A stretch of DNA of 64,000 nucleotides from Alphaproteobacteria bacterium (GCA_045614025.1 JAZLCE010000017.1:3875-67874); one strand, 5' to 3'; shown: positions 19,323-29,159, numbered from the stretch's first letter. Notes: generated by a model not told the origin, from the letters alone. A program made the numbers and translations.

Positions 19323-19889
19323 ATGCGTTTTTTAGCTTTTTTAACAGGTTTGATTCTGGTTTCAAATGTTTCTTTAGCAAATGAAAGTGTTTCTCCAGAA
19401 GGATATTTTGGAAATTGGCGAGTGTATACGGCGAAAGAAGGAACCGAGACGCTTTGTTTTATGGTTGCTTCACCTCAGCATACATCAAGCGAGAGAGAGG
19501 GAAATTTTTTAAGTATTACCCATCGCCCTTATGAAAACTCTTTTGATACGATTGCCTTGATGTTTGGAACAATGTTTCATAAAACATCAAGGCCAACGAT
19601 TGAAGTTGATAACCATAAACCTTTTGAAATGAAAACAGCAGATGATTCTTCTTTTATAATGAATGAAAAAGATGAAAAAGTTTTAATTGATCAGATGATC
19701 ATTGGAAATGTGGCCAGAACAAAAGGCAAAAGCCATAAAAAAAATGTTTTAAGAGAAACATTTTCGTTAAAAGGTTTTTCAAAGGCGTATGATATGTTGA
19801 ATGAAAAATGTCCACGTCCAACGGAAAATGTTTCTGAAAAAGCTGAAGAACAACTTTCTTCTAAACAAGAAGGTGGAGAAGTTAAATGA
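19323..19889 (+). CDS. Secreted hypothetical protein (possibly IalB-like)
   Basis: Signal peptide MRFLAFLTGLILVSNVSLA and GAGGA SD. 4-nt overlap with rlmN. The family assignment is only a guess. Confidence 0.45.
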   Translation: MRFLAFLTGLILVSNVSLANESVSPEGYFGNWRVYTAKEGTETLCFMVASPQHTSSEREGNFLSITHRPYENSFDTIALMFGTMFHKTSRPTIEVDNHKPFEMKTADDSSFIMNEKDEKVLIDQMIIGNVARTKGKSHKKNVLRETFSLKGFSKAYDMLNEKCPRPTENVSEKAEEQLSSKQEGGEVK

Positions 19890-20941
19890 AAAAGGAATTA
19901 ATTGGTTTAAGTGTTGACGCTCTAAAAGAAGAAATGGAAAGTTTGGGTGAAAAGCCATTTAGAGCAAAACAATTGTGGCAATGGATTTATAATAAGGGTG
20001 AAACAGATTTTTTCAAGATGACATCATTGGCAAAAACTTTTCAGTCACGTCTTGATGAATTATATACTGTTTCGCATCCAAAAATTGTAACAGAGCAAAC
20101 GTCAACTGATGGAACGCGTAAATGGCTTATGGAATTTCAAGATGAAAAACAAGTTGAATGCGTTTATATTCCAGAATCAGATAGGGGTGCTGTGTGTTTG
20201 TCAACCCAAGTAGGGTGTGCACAAGGATGTAAATTTTGCCATACGGGAACGCAACGGATGATGCGTAATTTAACGGCAGGCGAAATTGTGGGGCAGTTTA
20301 TGTCTGCTAGAGATAGTTATAATGAATGGCCAACTCCAACTGATGAAACAAGAATGCTTTCAAATATTGTTGTGATGGGGATGGGTGAGCCATTATGTAA
20401 TTTTGAAAATTTAAAACAAGCGCTGTTAATTTTGATGAATGGTGATGGTATTGGGATTTCAAAAAGAAGAATTACAGTTTCTACATCAGGAGTTGCAAAT
20501 CATATCCCTGAACTTGCCGATTTAGGAGTCAAATTAGCCGTTTCATTGCACGCGCCAACAAATGAAATTAGAGATAAAATTATGCCAGTTAATCGTAAAT
20601 TTCCATTAGAAGTTTTGATTAATGCTTGTAAAGAATATCAAAAACGAAGTGAAAGACGACAATTTATCACGATGGAATATGTGATGCTTAAGGATATTAA
20701 TGATTCTGAAAAAGATGCTGAAAACCTTATGAAATTGGTAGATGGTCTTGAAGTGAAGTTTAATTTAATTCCTTTCCATCATTGGGAAGGGGCTCCATTT
20801 GAAGCTTCTAGTATGAATAAAATGCATAAATTTGCTAAAAAACTTGAAAGCAATTATTTTGCAGCCCCGATTAGAAGATCTCGTGGAGAAGATATTATGG
20901 CTGCTTGTGGTCAACTTAAATCGGCTAAAGGAAAAATGTAA
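19886..20941 (+). CDS. rlmN: 23S rRNA/tRNA A2503/A37 methyltransferase, radical SAM
   Basis: GCAQGCKFCHTG radical-SAM cluster motif, MGMGEPL, and C-terminal ACGQL. Confidence 0.9.
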   Translation: MKKELIGLSVDALKEEMESLGEKPFRAKQLWQWIYNKGETDFFKMTSLAKTFQSRLDELYTVSHPKIVTEQTSTDGTRKWLMEFQDEKQVECVYIPESDRGAVCLSTQVGCAQGCKFCHTGTQRMMRNLTAGEIVGQFMSARDSYNEWPTPTDETRMLSNIVVMGMGEPLCNFENLKQALLILMNGDGIGISKRRITVSTSGVANHIPELADLGVKLAVSLHAPTNEIRDKIMPVNRKFPLEVLINACKEYQKRSERRQFITMEYVMLKDINDSEKDAENLMKLVDGLEVKFNLIPFHHWEGAPFEASSMNKMHKFAKKLESNYFAAPIRRSRGEDIMAACGQLKSAKGKM

Positions 20942-20959
20942 AAAAGGAAAGGGAGTTAA

Positions 20960-21463
20960 ATGGAATTTTTTGATGTATTAAAAGAAAGACGTTCTATTCG
21001 TCATTATGAAGAAGGTTTTATTGTTCCGTTTGAAGATATTAAAAAGATCATAGAGGCTGGGATGTATGCCCCATCTGCTATGAGGCGGTTCCCATGGGAA
21101 TTCTTAGTGATAACAGATCAAGTTTTGCTTCAAAAAATTGAAAAAGAACATAAATATGCCTCTTTTGCAAGTTCTGCTGGGGTTATGATTGCTGTTTGCG
21201 AAAAAGAAAGTGTTTCTCATGCAGGAATGGGGGTTATTGATGTGGCAATGGCATCTCAAAATATGATGTTAGCAGCATATGCTTTGGGATATGGATCTTG
21301 TTTTTGTGGCGTTTATCCTGAAACACATGAAAAGTTTGCTGATGTGTTGCAAGTTCCAAAAGATGTGCGTGTTATTGGGTTAATTTCGCTTGGGAAGCCA
21401 ATTGAAACAAAAGGAGTGCCAGAACGATATGATGAGCTTAAGGTTCATGTGAATCGTTGGTAA
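20960..21463 (+). CDS. Nitroreductase family protein
   Basis: RRSIRHY N-terminal motif. 167 aa. Confidence 0.7.
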   Translation: MEFFDVLKERRSIRHYEEGFIVPFEDIKKIIEAGMYAPSAMRRFPWEFLVITDQVLLQKIEKEHKYASFASSAGVMIAVCEKESVSHAGMGVIDVAMASQNMMLAAYALGYGSCFCGVYPETHEKFADVLQVPKDVRVIGLISLGKPIETKGVPERYDELKVHVNRW

Positions 21464-21497
21464 AAAAAACACCGCCTTGAAAAAGGCGGTGTTTTTT
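21462..21497. terminator. Bidirectional intrinsic terminator
   Basis: A8-ACACCGCC-loop-GGCGGTGT-T6. Confidence 0.8.
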
Positions 21498-21509
21498 ATT
21501 AAACTTTTT

Positions 21510-22340
21510 TTATTCAGACAATTTGAATTGAGATAACAATTCGGCTGATTTTGCTGAATTTCTTGGATTGATCATTGCATTTTTATGATATCCAGCATCT
21601 ACATGAACGATTTCGCCTGTAATACCTGCAGCTAAATCAGAGCAAAGGAACATACCTGTTCCGCCAACATCTTCAATGGTGACGTTTCTACAAAGAGCGG
21701 AGTTGTTTTCTGTCCAACCTAAAATTTGACGGAAATCGCCAATTCCAGCTGCAGCTAATGTGCGGATTGGGCCAGCTGAAATGGCATTAACGCGAATGTT
21801 TTGATGTCCTAAATCAAAAGCAATAAAGTGAACAGAAGCTTCTAAAGCAGCTTTGGCAACACCCATCACATTATAGTTTGGCAAATATCTTTCTGCGCCT
21901 AAATAAGTAAGTGTTAAACAAGCGCCTCCATCTGTCATCAATTCTGCTGCACGTTTGCAAACATCTGTAAATGAATAACAAGAAATAAGCATAGAATTTG
22001 TGAAATTATCTTTTGATGTATCCACATAACGACCTTTGAGTTCATTTTTATCAGAAAAGGCAATTGCGTGAACAACGAAATCTAACTTGCCCCATTTTTC
22101 TTTTAATGTGGCAAAAACATTATCCATTGATTCGCTGTTTAATACATCGCAAGGGATTAAAATATCTGAGCCAATGCTTTGAGCTAAGGGGCGAACGCGT
22201 TTTTCAAGAGCTTCTCCTTGGTATGTAAATGCAATTTCAGCACCTTGGTCAGCCATGGCTTTTGCAATTCCCCAAGCAATTGAATGGTCATTGGCAACGC
22301 CCATAATAAGGCCTTTTTTCCCTGCCATAATTCCTGTCAT
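21510..22340 (-). CDS. fabI: Enoyl-ACP reductase (NADH)
   Basis: GKKGLIMGVANDHSIAWGIA N-terminus. The Y..MGVAKAALE catalytic region is typical of FabI. Confidence 0.85.
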   Translation of the reverse strand: MTGIMAGKKGLIMGVANDHSIAWGIAKAMADQGAEIAFTYQGEALEKRVRPLAQSIGSDILIPCDVLNSESMDNVFATLKEKWGKLDFVVHAIAFSDKNELKGRYVDTSKDNFTNSMLISCYSFTDVCKRAAELMTDGGACLTLTYLGAERYLPNYNVMGVAKAALEASVHFIAFDLGHQNIRVNAISAGPIRTLAAAGIGDFRQILGWTENNSALCRNVTIEDVGGTGMFLCSDLAAGITGEIVHVDAGYHKNAMINPRNSAKSAELLSQFKLSE

Positions 22341-22535
22341 TTTTTTATCCTTTCCGTTTATTTTTATCGAAATTTTAAAATTTATACACTTCTAACCGAT
22401 AAAATATATGAAAAGAAGAAAAAAATCAAATGACACTTTTGTTACAAAGTTTAAAAAATGGCTTTTTAAAAAGGGTTTCTTGAAATTTTCATAAAGATGT
22501 GATATGCTATTTTTAATTTTAGTGCGGAGAATAGC

Positions 22536-23321
22536 ATGCTTGGCGCGATAACAGGTGACGTTATTGGATCGATTTATGAGTTTCATAATATAAAAACAAA
22601 AGATTTTCCTTTGTTTTTAAAGAATAATACGTTTACTGATGATACAATTTTAACCGCGGCAACGGCCCAATGGCTTTTAACAAATGGTAATGCAAAAGAA
22701 ATATTTTTAAAATGGGGAAGATGTTATCAAGCGCGTACATTGGAAAATGGTAAAATTCCTGCTTTCGGGAAAGGTTTTATGACTTGGCTTGAAACAGGGC
22801 GCGCTTATGGAGCCAAAACAAACGGATGTGTGATGCGGATAAGTCCGATCGGATTAATGGAAAAGGATTTAGAAATTGCTCTTAAAAAAGCATTATATCT
22901 AACAAATATGACTCATAATCATCAAGAAAGTTTGAAATATACAGCAGCTTATATTGAAACAATGTTTTTGTTGAAAAAGGAAAAGTCAAGTGATTTTATA
23001 AGAAGTTATATTTCAAAAAAATATGATTTTGATTTATCAAAAACAATAGATGAAATTCGTCCCAATTATAATAAATTTTATTGCAGTTGTAAAAATTCTG
23101 TTCCACAGGCAATTCAATCTGTTTTAGAAGCTTCTTCTTTTGAAGATGCAATCAGAAATGCCGTTTCATTAGGTGGAGATAGTGATACTTTGGCAGCTAT
23201 GGCTGGTGGGCTTGCAGAGGTTAAATTTCCAATGCCAATTTGCATTCAAGAAAAAACGTTATCATATCTCGATAAAAATATTAAAAATATTGTTTTTGAA
23301 TTTTATCAAAAAATCAGATAG
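22536..23321 (+). CDS. ADP-ribosylglycohydrolase family protein
   Basis: N-terminal MLGAITGDVIGSIYEF and C-terminal GGDSDTLAAMAGG metal-site motifs. Confidence 0.75.
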   Translation: MLGAITGDVIGSIYEFHNIKTKDFPLFLKNNTFTDDTILTAATAQWLLTNGNAKEIFLKWGRCYQARTLENGKIPAFGKGFMTWLETGRAYGAKTNGCVMRISPIGLMEKDLEIALKKALYLTNMTHNHQESLKYTAAYIETMFLLKKEKSSDFIRSYISKKYDFDLSKTIDEIRPNYNKFYCSCKNSVPQAIQSVLEASSFEDAIRNAVSLGGDSDTLAAMAGGLAEVKFPMPICIQEKTLSYLDKNIKNIVFEFYQKIR

Positions 23322-23335
23322 TTATATCCTTGTTG

Positions 23336-23364
23336 TTGATAAAAATCCGATTTTGTGGTATACT
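23336..23364 (+). promoter_or_regulatory. Sigma70-like promoter
   Basis: TTGATA-N17-TATACT. This argues against the track GTG start at 23355. Confidence 0.5.
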
Positions 23365-23393
23365 TTATATATCATAAAAGAATGGAGACAAGA

Positions 23394-24965
23394 ATGACTC
23401 ATCCCTTATCATTGTATGAAAAACAAGCTTTATTAAAACGATTTGATTTATCAGATCTATCAGCCTCTGATCAACAAGCTTTTCATAGCCTTTTGTTTGA
23501 TTATTTGAATGAATTTCCCGTAATGAATGAAATGGCTCGTGAATTAATTGACACGGGGTTTCGCTCTATTCATATCACAATACAAGATGATATGGCAGGA
23601 GCCGTAGGTAGTCAGTTTGGCAATAACATTAATTTTGATACAAAATATTGGGATCGGCATGCTTTTTCAAAGCAAGGAAGAAATCGTTTGGCAGCAACAT
23701 TTTGGCACGAAACATTGCACTATCTGCAAGAAAAAAAGCTTCCAGCTGCAACCAGTAAAAGAGCCCATATTATTTATCGTCAGTTTATTGAAGCAGAAGC
23801 AAAAAGTATTTCAAATTTGATTAGACCTGATAATAGGTTTGAAGAAGAACTGTATCGTGTGGCTTTAAAAAAATTTAAAAACATAGAAGCTGCTCAACGG
23901 TATTATTTGGGTATTTCGAGTCGATTGCGTTTGCACGCAGATAGGGATTTAGCCAAAAATGAGGCTAAAAATATAATGGGATCGTCTTTTAGTGATCATT
24001 TATGGCATGATTCAGAGAAAAGCGCTGTTAAGCATTGGCAAGATTTTTATTATAAGTATCATAACAGTCATATTGCTCGAGGTGGATATAAATCAATTTT
24101 TTTCAAAAAAACAAAATATGATGCTAATATAATAAGAAAAATGGAAGATTATTTCTTTAATAAGTATGGTATTAGTATTTCACCAAAATCTTCTATTTCA
24201 GGAGAAGTAATTGATCAATATGGGATGACATCTGGCATTGATAACACGATTTTGGTGGACGCTAGAGGGAATGAAATTTTTGATATTTCTAAATGGAGAA
24301 GAGTATCTGGGGGCGCTGGAACAAAATTATATATTCTTGATTTGCCGAATATGGATAAAAATTATATAACGTCATTGCAGTATAAGCTTTCTGCAAAAGG
24401 AGTTGGTTCAAGGATAGATGTTGTTAATCATTCGGATGGAAGTGTAAGTCGATGTTTGGTTATACCAGATGATGGTTCAAAAAATGCACAAAGATTTTTG
24501 AATCTTTGTGGTGTAGGGGGTAATGAAATTGAACAAGAAAAAACACGCCCACCTATGCCACCCAAACCTCTTAAACAGGTGAATTTAAAAAAAGGAATGA
24601 ATGTTGCAGTTGATATTTATAATCCCCCGATTTTGAAAATGGGAGCAAATAAAGAAACAACGTTTGATTTAAAAGATATTTTAAATCAAAAACGCATTGA
24701 TTTTTTGAAAGGAGGGGGAATTATGCTTTTAGGGCGAAATCCTTTGTCCCCCCATGCAAAAATTCCAAGTGAAGTTCGTAATTATCAAGGAGTGGTAAAG
24801 TCATATCAAATTGGCGAAACAGATGGAACGGTTTCAAATGCTCAAGGGTATCTTTATATGGCGCGGGATGGTAAATTTTATTATAAAGATTGTTCCACAT
24901 ATGGAACACATCTTTTTTTAAGACCAGAAAAATTTATGGTTAATCAATCTGTTCAATCGCGATAA
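23394..24965 (+). CDS. Hypothetical protein with HExxH motif, Pro-rich linker and FHA-like C-terminus
   Basis: FWHETLHYLQ (HExxH), RPPMPPKP linker, and a C-terminal LLGRNP...VSNAQG...KDCSTYGTHL pattern resembling FHA. GGAGA SD before the ATG at 23394. Confidence 0.55.
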   Translation: MTHPLSLYEKQALLKRFDLSDLSASDQQAFHSLLFDYLNEFPVMNEMARELIDTGFRSIHITIQDDMAGAVGSQFGNNINFDTKYWDRHAFSKQGRNRLAATFWHETLHYLQEKKLPAATSKRAHIIYRQFIEAEAKSISNLIRPDNRFEEELYRVALKKFKNIEAAQRYYLGISSRLRLHADRDLAKNEAKNIMGSSFSDHLWHDSEKSAVKHWQDFYYKYHNSHIARGGYKSIFFKKTKYDANIIRKMEDYFFNKYGISISPKSSISGEVIDQYGMTSGIDNTILVDARGNEIFDISKWRRVSGGAGTKLYILDLPNMDKNYITSLQYKLSAKGVGSRIDVVNHSDGSVSRCLVIPDDGSKNAQRFLNLCGVGGNEIEQEKTRPPMPPKPLKQVNLKKGMNVAVDIYNPPILKMGANKETTFDLKDILNQKRIDFLKGGGIMLLGRNPLSPHAKIPSEVRNYQGVVKSYQIGETDGTVSNAQGYLYMARDGKFYYKDCSTYGTHLFLRPEKFMVNQSVQSR

Positions 24966-25175
24966 AATTTTTTTAGTTTATATTTTTATCAATGGTATCA
25001 AATTGTTATTTGAAAAATTATGATTTATTTTTTTTAACTATTAGATAATAGATTATGTTGGTAGATTTTGTGAATAATTAAAAGTTCGTATGTCTTCTTT
25101 ATTGAAAAATAAAAAATCATTTATGAAACGAAAAATAATATTTTTTATGGTTTAGAAGAGATGTTTTTTTGTTAG

Positions 25176-25208
25176 AAAAAAAATCCCCGTTTGAAACGGG
25201 GATTTTTG
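25176..25208 (-). terminator. Intrinsic terminator after rpsI
   Basis: ATCCCCGT-loop-ACGGGGAT with a flanking T-run on the minus strand. Confidence 0.8.
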
Positions 25209-25230
25209 TGTCGAAACCCAAAGGCAATGA

Positions 25231-25707
25231 TTAACGTTTTGAGAATTGGAAACGTTTTCTTGCTTTTGATAAACCTGGTTTTTTACGTTCAACAATACGT
25301 GAATCGCGTGTTAAGAAACCAGCTCTCTTAAGGGCTGTATGTAATTCTGGTTCAAATAAGTCTAAACAACGGCTGATACCATGACGAACGGCATAAGCTT
25401 GACCTGATAAACCACCACCACAAACATTACATTGAACGTCGAATTGACCTTCACGGTTTGTAACAGCAAATGGTTGGTTGATAATCATTTGCAACACTGG
25501 ACGTGGGAAATAATTTTCAACGCTGCGACCATTAACAGTGATTTTGCCTGAACCTAATTTAATGATAACGCGAGCAATAGCGTTTTTCTTTTTACCAACA
25601 GATTGTGAACGACCTAAAGAATCTTTTTTTGGTGTTCTTGGTGCAACAGGAGCAGCTTCAGCTGTTTCTTGTTTCAAATCTTCTAAAGTTGTTGTTTTTT
25701 TAACCAT
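25231..25707 (-). CDS. rpsI: 30S ribosomal protein S9
   Basis: C-terminal ..[14 protein letters not shown] and GGGLSGQA motif. Confidence 0.95.
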   Translation of the reverse strand: MVKKTTTLEDLKQETAEAAPVAPRTPKKDSLGRSQSVGKKKNAIARVIIKLGSGKITVNGRSVENYFPRPVLQMIINQPFAVTNREGQFDVQCNVCGGGLSGQAYAVRHGISRCLDLFEPELHTALKRAGFLTRDSRIVERKKPGLSKARKRFQFSKR

Positions 25708-26177
25708 TATGCACCTCTTTTATTTTTTGGATTTTTAGAAGCAATATCCAAAACAATTGGATTTTGTGCTTGATGTGTGTGTTCTGGGCCAACAAAAATG
25801 CGCAATTTTTTCATTTGTTTGCGACCTAAAGCATTTCTTGAAATCATGCGTTCAACAGCTTTTTCTAAAACACGTTCTGGATGTTCTTCTAATTGTTTAG
25901 CAACTGAAACACCTTTGATACCGCCAACATAACCTGTGTGATGGTAATACATTTTTTGTTCTAATTTGCGACCTGTTAATTTAACTTTTTCTGCGTTTAC
26001 AACGATAACGTAGTCTCCGCAATCTTGATTCGGTGAAAAGCAAGGTTTATTTTTGCCGCGTAAGATTGTTGCAATTTGGCTGGCCAAACGACCCAAAACC
26101 AAATCAGCAGCATCAATAACATACCATTTGATATCGCTGTTCGCCGGATTAATTGTTTTTGTTGTTTTCATTGTCAT
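25707..26177 (-). CDS. rplM: 50S ribosomal protein L13
   Basis: [27 protein letters not shown] is a typical L13 N-terminus. Immediately upstream of rpsI. Confidence 0.95.
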   Translation of the reverse strand: MTMKTTKTINPANSDIKWYVIDAADLVLGRLASQIATILRGKNKPCFSPNQDCGDYVIVVNAEKVKLTGRKLEQKMYYHHTGYVGGIKGVSVAKQLEEHPERVLEKAVERMISRNALGRKQMKKLRIFVGPEHTHQAQNPIVLDIASKNPKNKRGA

Positions 26178-26316
26178 AATGTTTAATCCTTGTTAATTTC
26201 TTTTTTTTTGACGCCTCTTTATACATTAAAATAAATCTAATGTCAAGCTCTTTTTCATTGTTTTTTAAGATTTTTTTATCGTGGTATTATAATACCATTC
26301 TTAAAAGCCTTATGAA

Positions 26317-26964
26317 TTAAGGGATAAGAGAATTAAAATATCTATCTCCTGCATCGCCAAGACCTGGAACAATATATGCTTTATCATTCAAGTGGTTATC
26401 AATGCTTCCGGTTATTATTTTTATGTTTGGAAAAAGATTTTGAACGTTTTGGATGCCTTCTGGGGCACTTAAAAGAGAAATGAAAATAATATCTTCTTCT
26501 TTTATATCTTTTTCTTTAAATAGTTTGATTGTTTCTATTGCTGAACCACCTGTAGCGAGCATTGGATCTAAAATAAAGATTTTTGTTTTTTCTGAAAAGT
26601 GAGAAGGTGTTTTATCATAATACCAAACTGGTTCTTTTGTTTCTTCATCACGATACATGCCAATATGAAGCACATGTGCTTGAGGTAAAAGGCTAACAGC
26701 TGTTTCTGTGAATGCAAGGCCTGCTCTTAGAATTGGGGCAATAATATAGGTATAGTCTTCGTCAATTTTTTGAACGGTGGTTAATGTTAAGGGTGTTTCA
26801 ATTTCTTTATTTATTAATGGCAGAAATTTGAATCCTTCTTGAATTAATATACTTGATGCGCGTTGAAAAGCAGCTAAAAATATTTCTCTAGGTGTTTGTT
26901 TATCTCTCAGAAGAGAAAGATTATGAGATAAAATGGGGTGATTTGGAATAAATATATTTTTCAT
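26317..26964 (-). CDS. upp: Uracil phosphoribosyltransferase
   Basis: ILDPMLATGGSA PRPP-binding motif and C-terminal GLGDAGDR. Confidence 0.85.
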   Translation of the reverse strand: MKNIFIPNHPILSHNLSLLRDKQTPREIFLAAFQRASSILIQEGFKFLPLINKEIETPLTLTTVQKIDEDYTYIIAPILRAGLAFTETAVSLLPQAHVLHIGMYRDEETKEPVWYYDKTPSHFSEKTKIFILDPMLATGGSAIETIKLFKEKDIKEEDIIFISLLSAPEGIQNVQNLFPNIKIITGSIDNHLNDKAYIVPGLGDAGDRYFNSLIP

Positions 26965-27047
26965 TAGTTTGCTCCATTAGTCTTTTTCTTTATATTATCA
27001 AAAATAATTAGAAGATACAACTTGCTTTTATAAAAAAGGATATTATC

Positions 27048-27076
27048 TTGACAAATAATCAAAAAAATCGTATACT
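27048..27076 (+). promoter_or_regulatory. Sigma70-like promoter of rnpB
   Basis: TTGACA-N17-TATACT, about 7 nt before the predicted RNA 5' end. Confidence 0.6.
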
Positions 27077-27082
27077 TTTCAA

Positions 27083-27446
27083 GTCAGATGATCGGATAAT
27101 CGCTGAAAGGAAACTTTTGGAGGAAAGTCCGGGCTTCACGGAAACACGATACTGGATAACGTCCAGCTGGGGTGACCCACGGGATAGCGCCATAGAAAAC
27201 AAACCGCCAATTTTTATTGGTAAGGGTGAAACGGCGGGGTAAGAGCCCACCGCATTTTAAGCAATTAAAATGGCACGGCAAGCCCTATCGGAAGCAAGAC
27301 CAAGTAAAGAGAGCCAAAGAGTAATCTTTGTTAAAATGAGCGTTTCTGATCTGCTCTCAAGAGGTAGGTCGCTAGAGGTAAGTAGTAATGCTTATCCAAG
27401 ACGAATGATTATCGATTACAAAACCCGGCTTATAGATTGTCTGACA
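27083..27446 (+). ncRNA. rnpB: RNase P RNA, bacterial type A
   Basis: Universally conserved GGAGGAAAGTCCGGGCT near the 5' end and ACAAAACCCGGCTTAT near the 3' end. P1 pairing is GTCAGA/TCTGAC. Ends are approximate (+/-5 nt). Confidence 0.9.
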
Positions 27447-27531
27447 TTTTTTTTAAAATTTTTTTTGTTTTTTTAAATTTTTTGCTTGCATTTATATTTT
27501 TTTTGGTGTATATAAATAACTACTTTATCAA

Positions 27532-27608
27532 CGGGGCGTAGCTCAGCCTGGTAGAGTACTTGGTTTGGGACCAAGGTGTCGCATGTTCGAATCATGTCGC
27601 CCCGACCA
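27532..27608 (+). tRNA. tRNA-Pro (anticodon UGG)
   Basis: Acceptor CGGGGCG/CGCCCCG, anticodon arm CTTGG-TTTGGGA-CCAAG, T-loop TTCGAAT, encoded CCA. Confidence 0.9.
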
Positions 27609-27609
27609 T

Positions 27610-27639
27610 AAAAACCACTCGAAAGAGTGGTTTTTTTAT
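27610..27639 (+). terminator. Intrinsic terminator after tRNA-Pro
   Basis: AAAACCACTC-GAAA-GAGTGGTTTTTTT. Confidence 0.8.
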
Positions 27640-27669
27640 TTGGGCAAGATGAGAAGAATATGCGACACA

Positions 27670-27764
27670 GCATGTTCGGACGGAGCAATAGCGACGTAAT
27701 GTCGAGCCTTGCGAGACAGCCCCTTGCGGGTGAGCGAAAGTGAATAATCATGTCGCCCCGACCA
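27670..27764 (+). pseudogene. Displaced, interrupted copy of the tRNA-Pro 3' half
   Basis: GCATGTTCG (27670-27678) and AATCATGTCGCCCCGACCA (27746-27764) are exact copies of 27581-27589 and 27590-27608. They are separated by a 67-nt GC-rich insert at the T-loop position. Confidence 0.7.
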
Positions 27765-27797
27765 AAAAAAGACGGACTTGTTCCGTCTTTTTTTTTA
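27764..27797. terminator. Bidirectional intrinsic terminator (ends trpB transcript)
   Basis: A7-GACGGA-CTTGT-TCCGTC-T10. Confidence 0.8.
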
Positions 27798-27827
27798 TGC
27801 TTAAGGGTAATAGATTTCAAGAAAAAA

Positions 27828-29006
27828 TCAAACCCTAAATTCTTTTGTGATAAAATCCAAATCTTTATCGCCTCGACCAGATAGATTTACCAAAATAATT
27901 TTGTCTTTTGATAAAGTAGGGGCAAGTTTTATAGCATGAGCAATGGCATGAGCACTTTCAAGCGCCGGAATTATACCTTCTGTTTTGGAAAGTGTATAAA
28001 AGGCATCTAACGCTTCTTTATCATCAATTAACACATATTTGGCTCTACCTATTTTGTGTAGATAGGCATGTTCTGGTCCAACGCTTGGATAATCTAACCC
28101 GCTTGCAATTGAGTAAACAGAGGCGGGGTTTTTGTTTTTATCTAATAAAACCAAAGATTTAAAACCTTGCATAATAGCTGTTTCTCCAAAATTAATAGAG
28201 GCGGAGTGTTCGCCGATTTTTGCTCCTTTTCCTAGGGGTTCAACGCCGATTAGTTCAACTGATTTATCATCAATAAATGAGCTAAAAATGCCAATGGCAT
28301 TTGATCCGCCACCAACACAAGCAATAATTTTATCAGGTAAGTGACCAGTCATTTCTATTATTTGATCTTTGGATTCTTGTCCAATCACAGATTGGTAATC
28401 TCTAACCATTAAAGGGAATGGATGGGGACCCAAGACTGAACCAATGCAATAAAGTGAATCATCAAGGTTGTTTAAATAAGATTCAAAAGCGCTATCAACA
28501 GCTTCTTTTAATGATTTTTGACCATCTGTAACAGGTATGATTTGGGCCCCCAGTAATTTCATACGAAGAACGTTTGGTTGTTGTTTTGCAATATCTGTTT
28601 CACCCATATGAACTTCGCATTTAAGACCCAAATAAGCTGCGGCTGTTGCCATAGCAACGCCATGTTGTCCTGCGCCAGTTTCGGCGATTAATTTTTTCTT
28701 TCCCATATATTTTGCTAACAGTGCTTCCCCAATTGCATGATTGAGTTTATGAGCACCGGTATGATTTAAATCTTCTCTTTTTAAATAGATTTGAGCGCCA
28801 CCGATTTTTTGGCTTAAATTTTTTGCAAACGTAATAGGAGTTGGTCTTCCTTGGTATGTTTTTCTGATATATTTTAGTTGATCAAGAAATGTTTGATTTG
28901 TTTTTAATTCGTAGTAGGCTTTTTCTATTTTATTCATTTCTTTTTTTAAATTTTCGGGGATGAAAGCGCCGCCAAATTCCCCAAAAAAACCATTAGATTT
29001 TTTCAT
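27828..29006 (-). CDS. trpB: Tryptophan synthase beta chain (no trpA adjacent)
   Basis: [14 protein letters not shown]-terminus, PLP-lysine region [10 protein letters not shown], and GGGSNAIG. Confidence 0.9.
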   Translation of the reverse strand: MKKSNGFFGEFGGAFIPENLKKEMNKIEKAYYELKTNQTFLDQLKYIRKTYQGRPTPITFAKNLSQKIGGAQIYLKREDLNHTGAHKLNHAIGEALLAKYMGKKKLIAETGAGQHGVAMATAAAYLGLKCEVHMGETDIAKQQPNVLRMKLLGAQIIPVTDGQKSLKEAVDSAFESYLNNLDDSLYCIGSVLGPHPFPLMVRDYQSVIGQESKDQIIEMTGHLPDKIIACVGGGSNAIGIFSSFIDDKSVELIGVEPLGKGAKIGEHSASINFGETAIMQGFKSLVLLDKNKNPASVYSIASGLDYPSVGPEHAYLHKIGRAKYVLIDDKEALDAFYTLSKTEGIIPALESAHAIAHAIKLAPTLSKDKIILVNLSGRGDKDLDFITKEFRV

Positions 29007-29090
29007 TAATTTTCCTTTTTTATTTATATGAATTTTATTGATTATTAACCGTTTTTGTATGGTTAGTCCGTTAAATATAAATGAGGTGCC

Positions 29091-29159
29091 TTAGCACCAC
29101 CACAAATTATGAGATGTTGAATATTTAAAAAAAGAAAATTGCATCGAAATGTTTTTCAT
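29091..29159 (-). CDS. Candidate tryptophan leader peptide (22 aa)
   Basis: Translates as MKNISMQFSFFKYSTSHNLWWC*, with tandem Trp codons two codons before the stop. Lies 85 nt upstream of trpB. No SD, and the ATG is about 9 nt after the -10 box. Confidence 0.45.
   Translation of the reverse strand: MKNISMQFSFFKYSTSHNLWWC

Noticed and set aside
27048-27476. Four 63-68 aa ORFs on both strands
   Set aside because: They lie entirely within the RNase P RNA gene (conserved GGAAAGTCCGGGCT and ACCCGGCTTA elements).
27640-27764. Possible piece of a permuted (two-piece) alphaproteobacterial ssrA/tmRNA, considered because the segment is GC-rich and ends in a tRNA-like ...ACCA
   Set aside because: The 3' end is an exact copy of the tRNA-Pro acceptor/T-arm, not an Ala-type G3:U70 acceptor. 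No tag ORF or resume codon context is visible.
27473-27820. 115-aa minus-strand ORF
   Set aside because: It spans tRNA-Pro, two terminator hairpins and the duplicated tRNA fragment, and has no SD. It is an artefact of the stable-RNA region.
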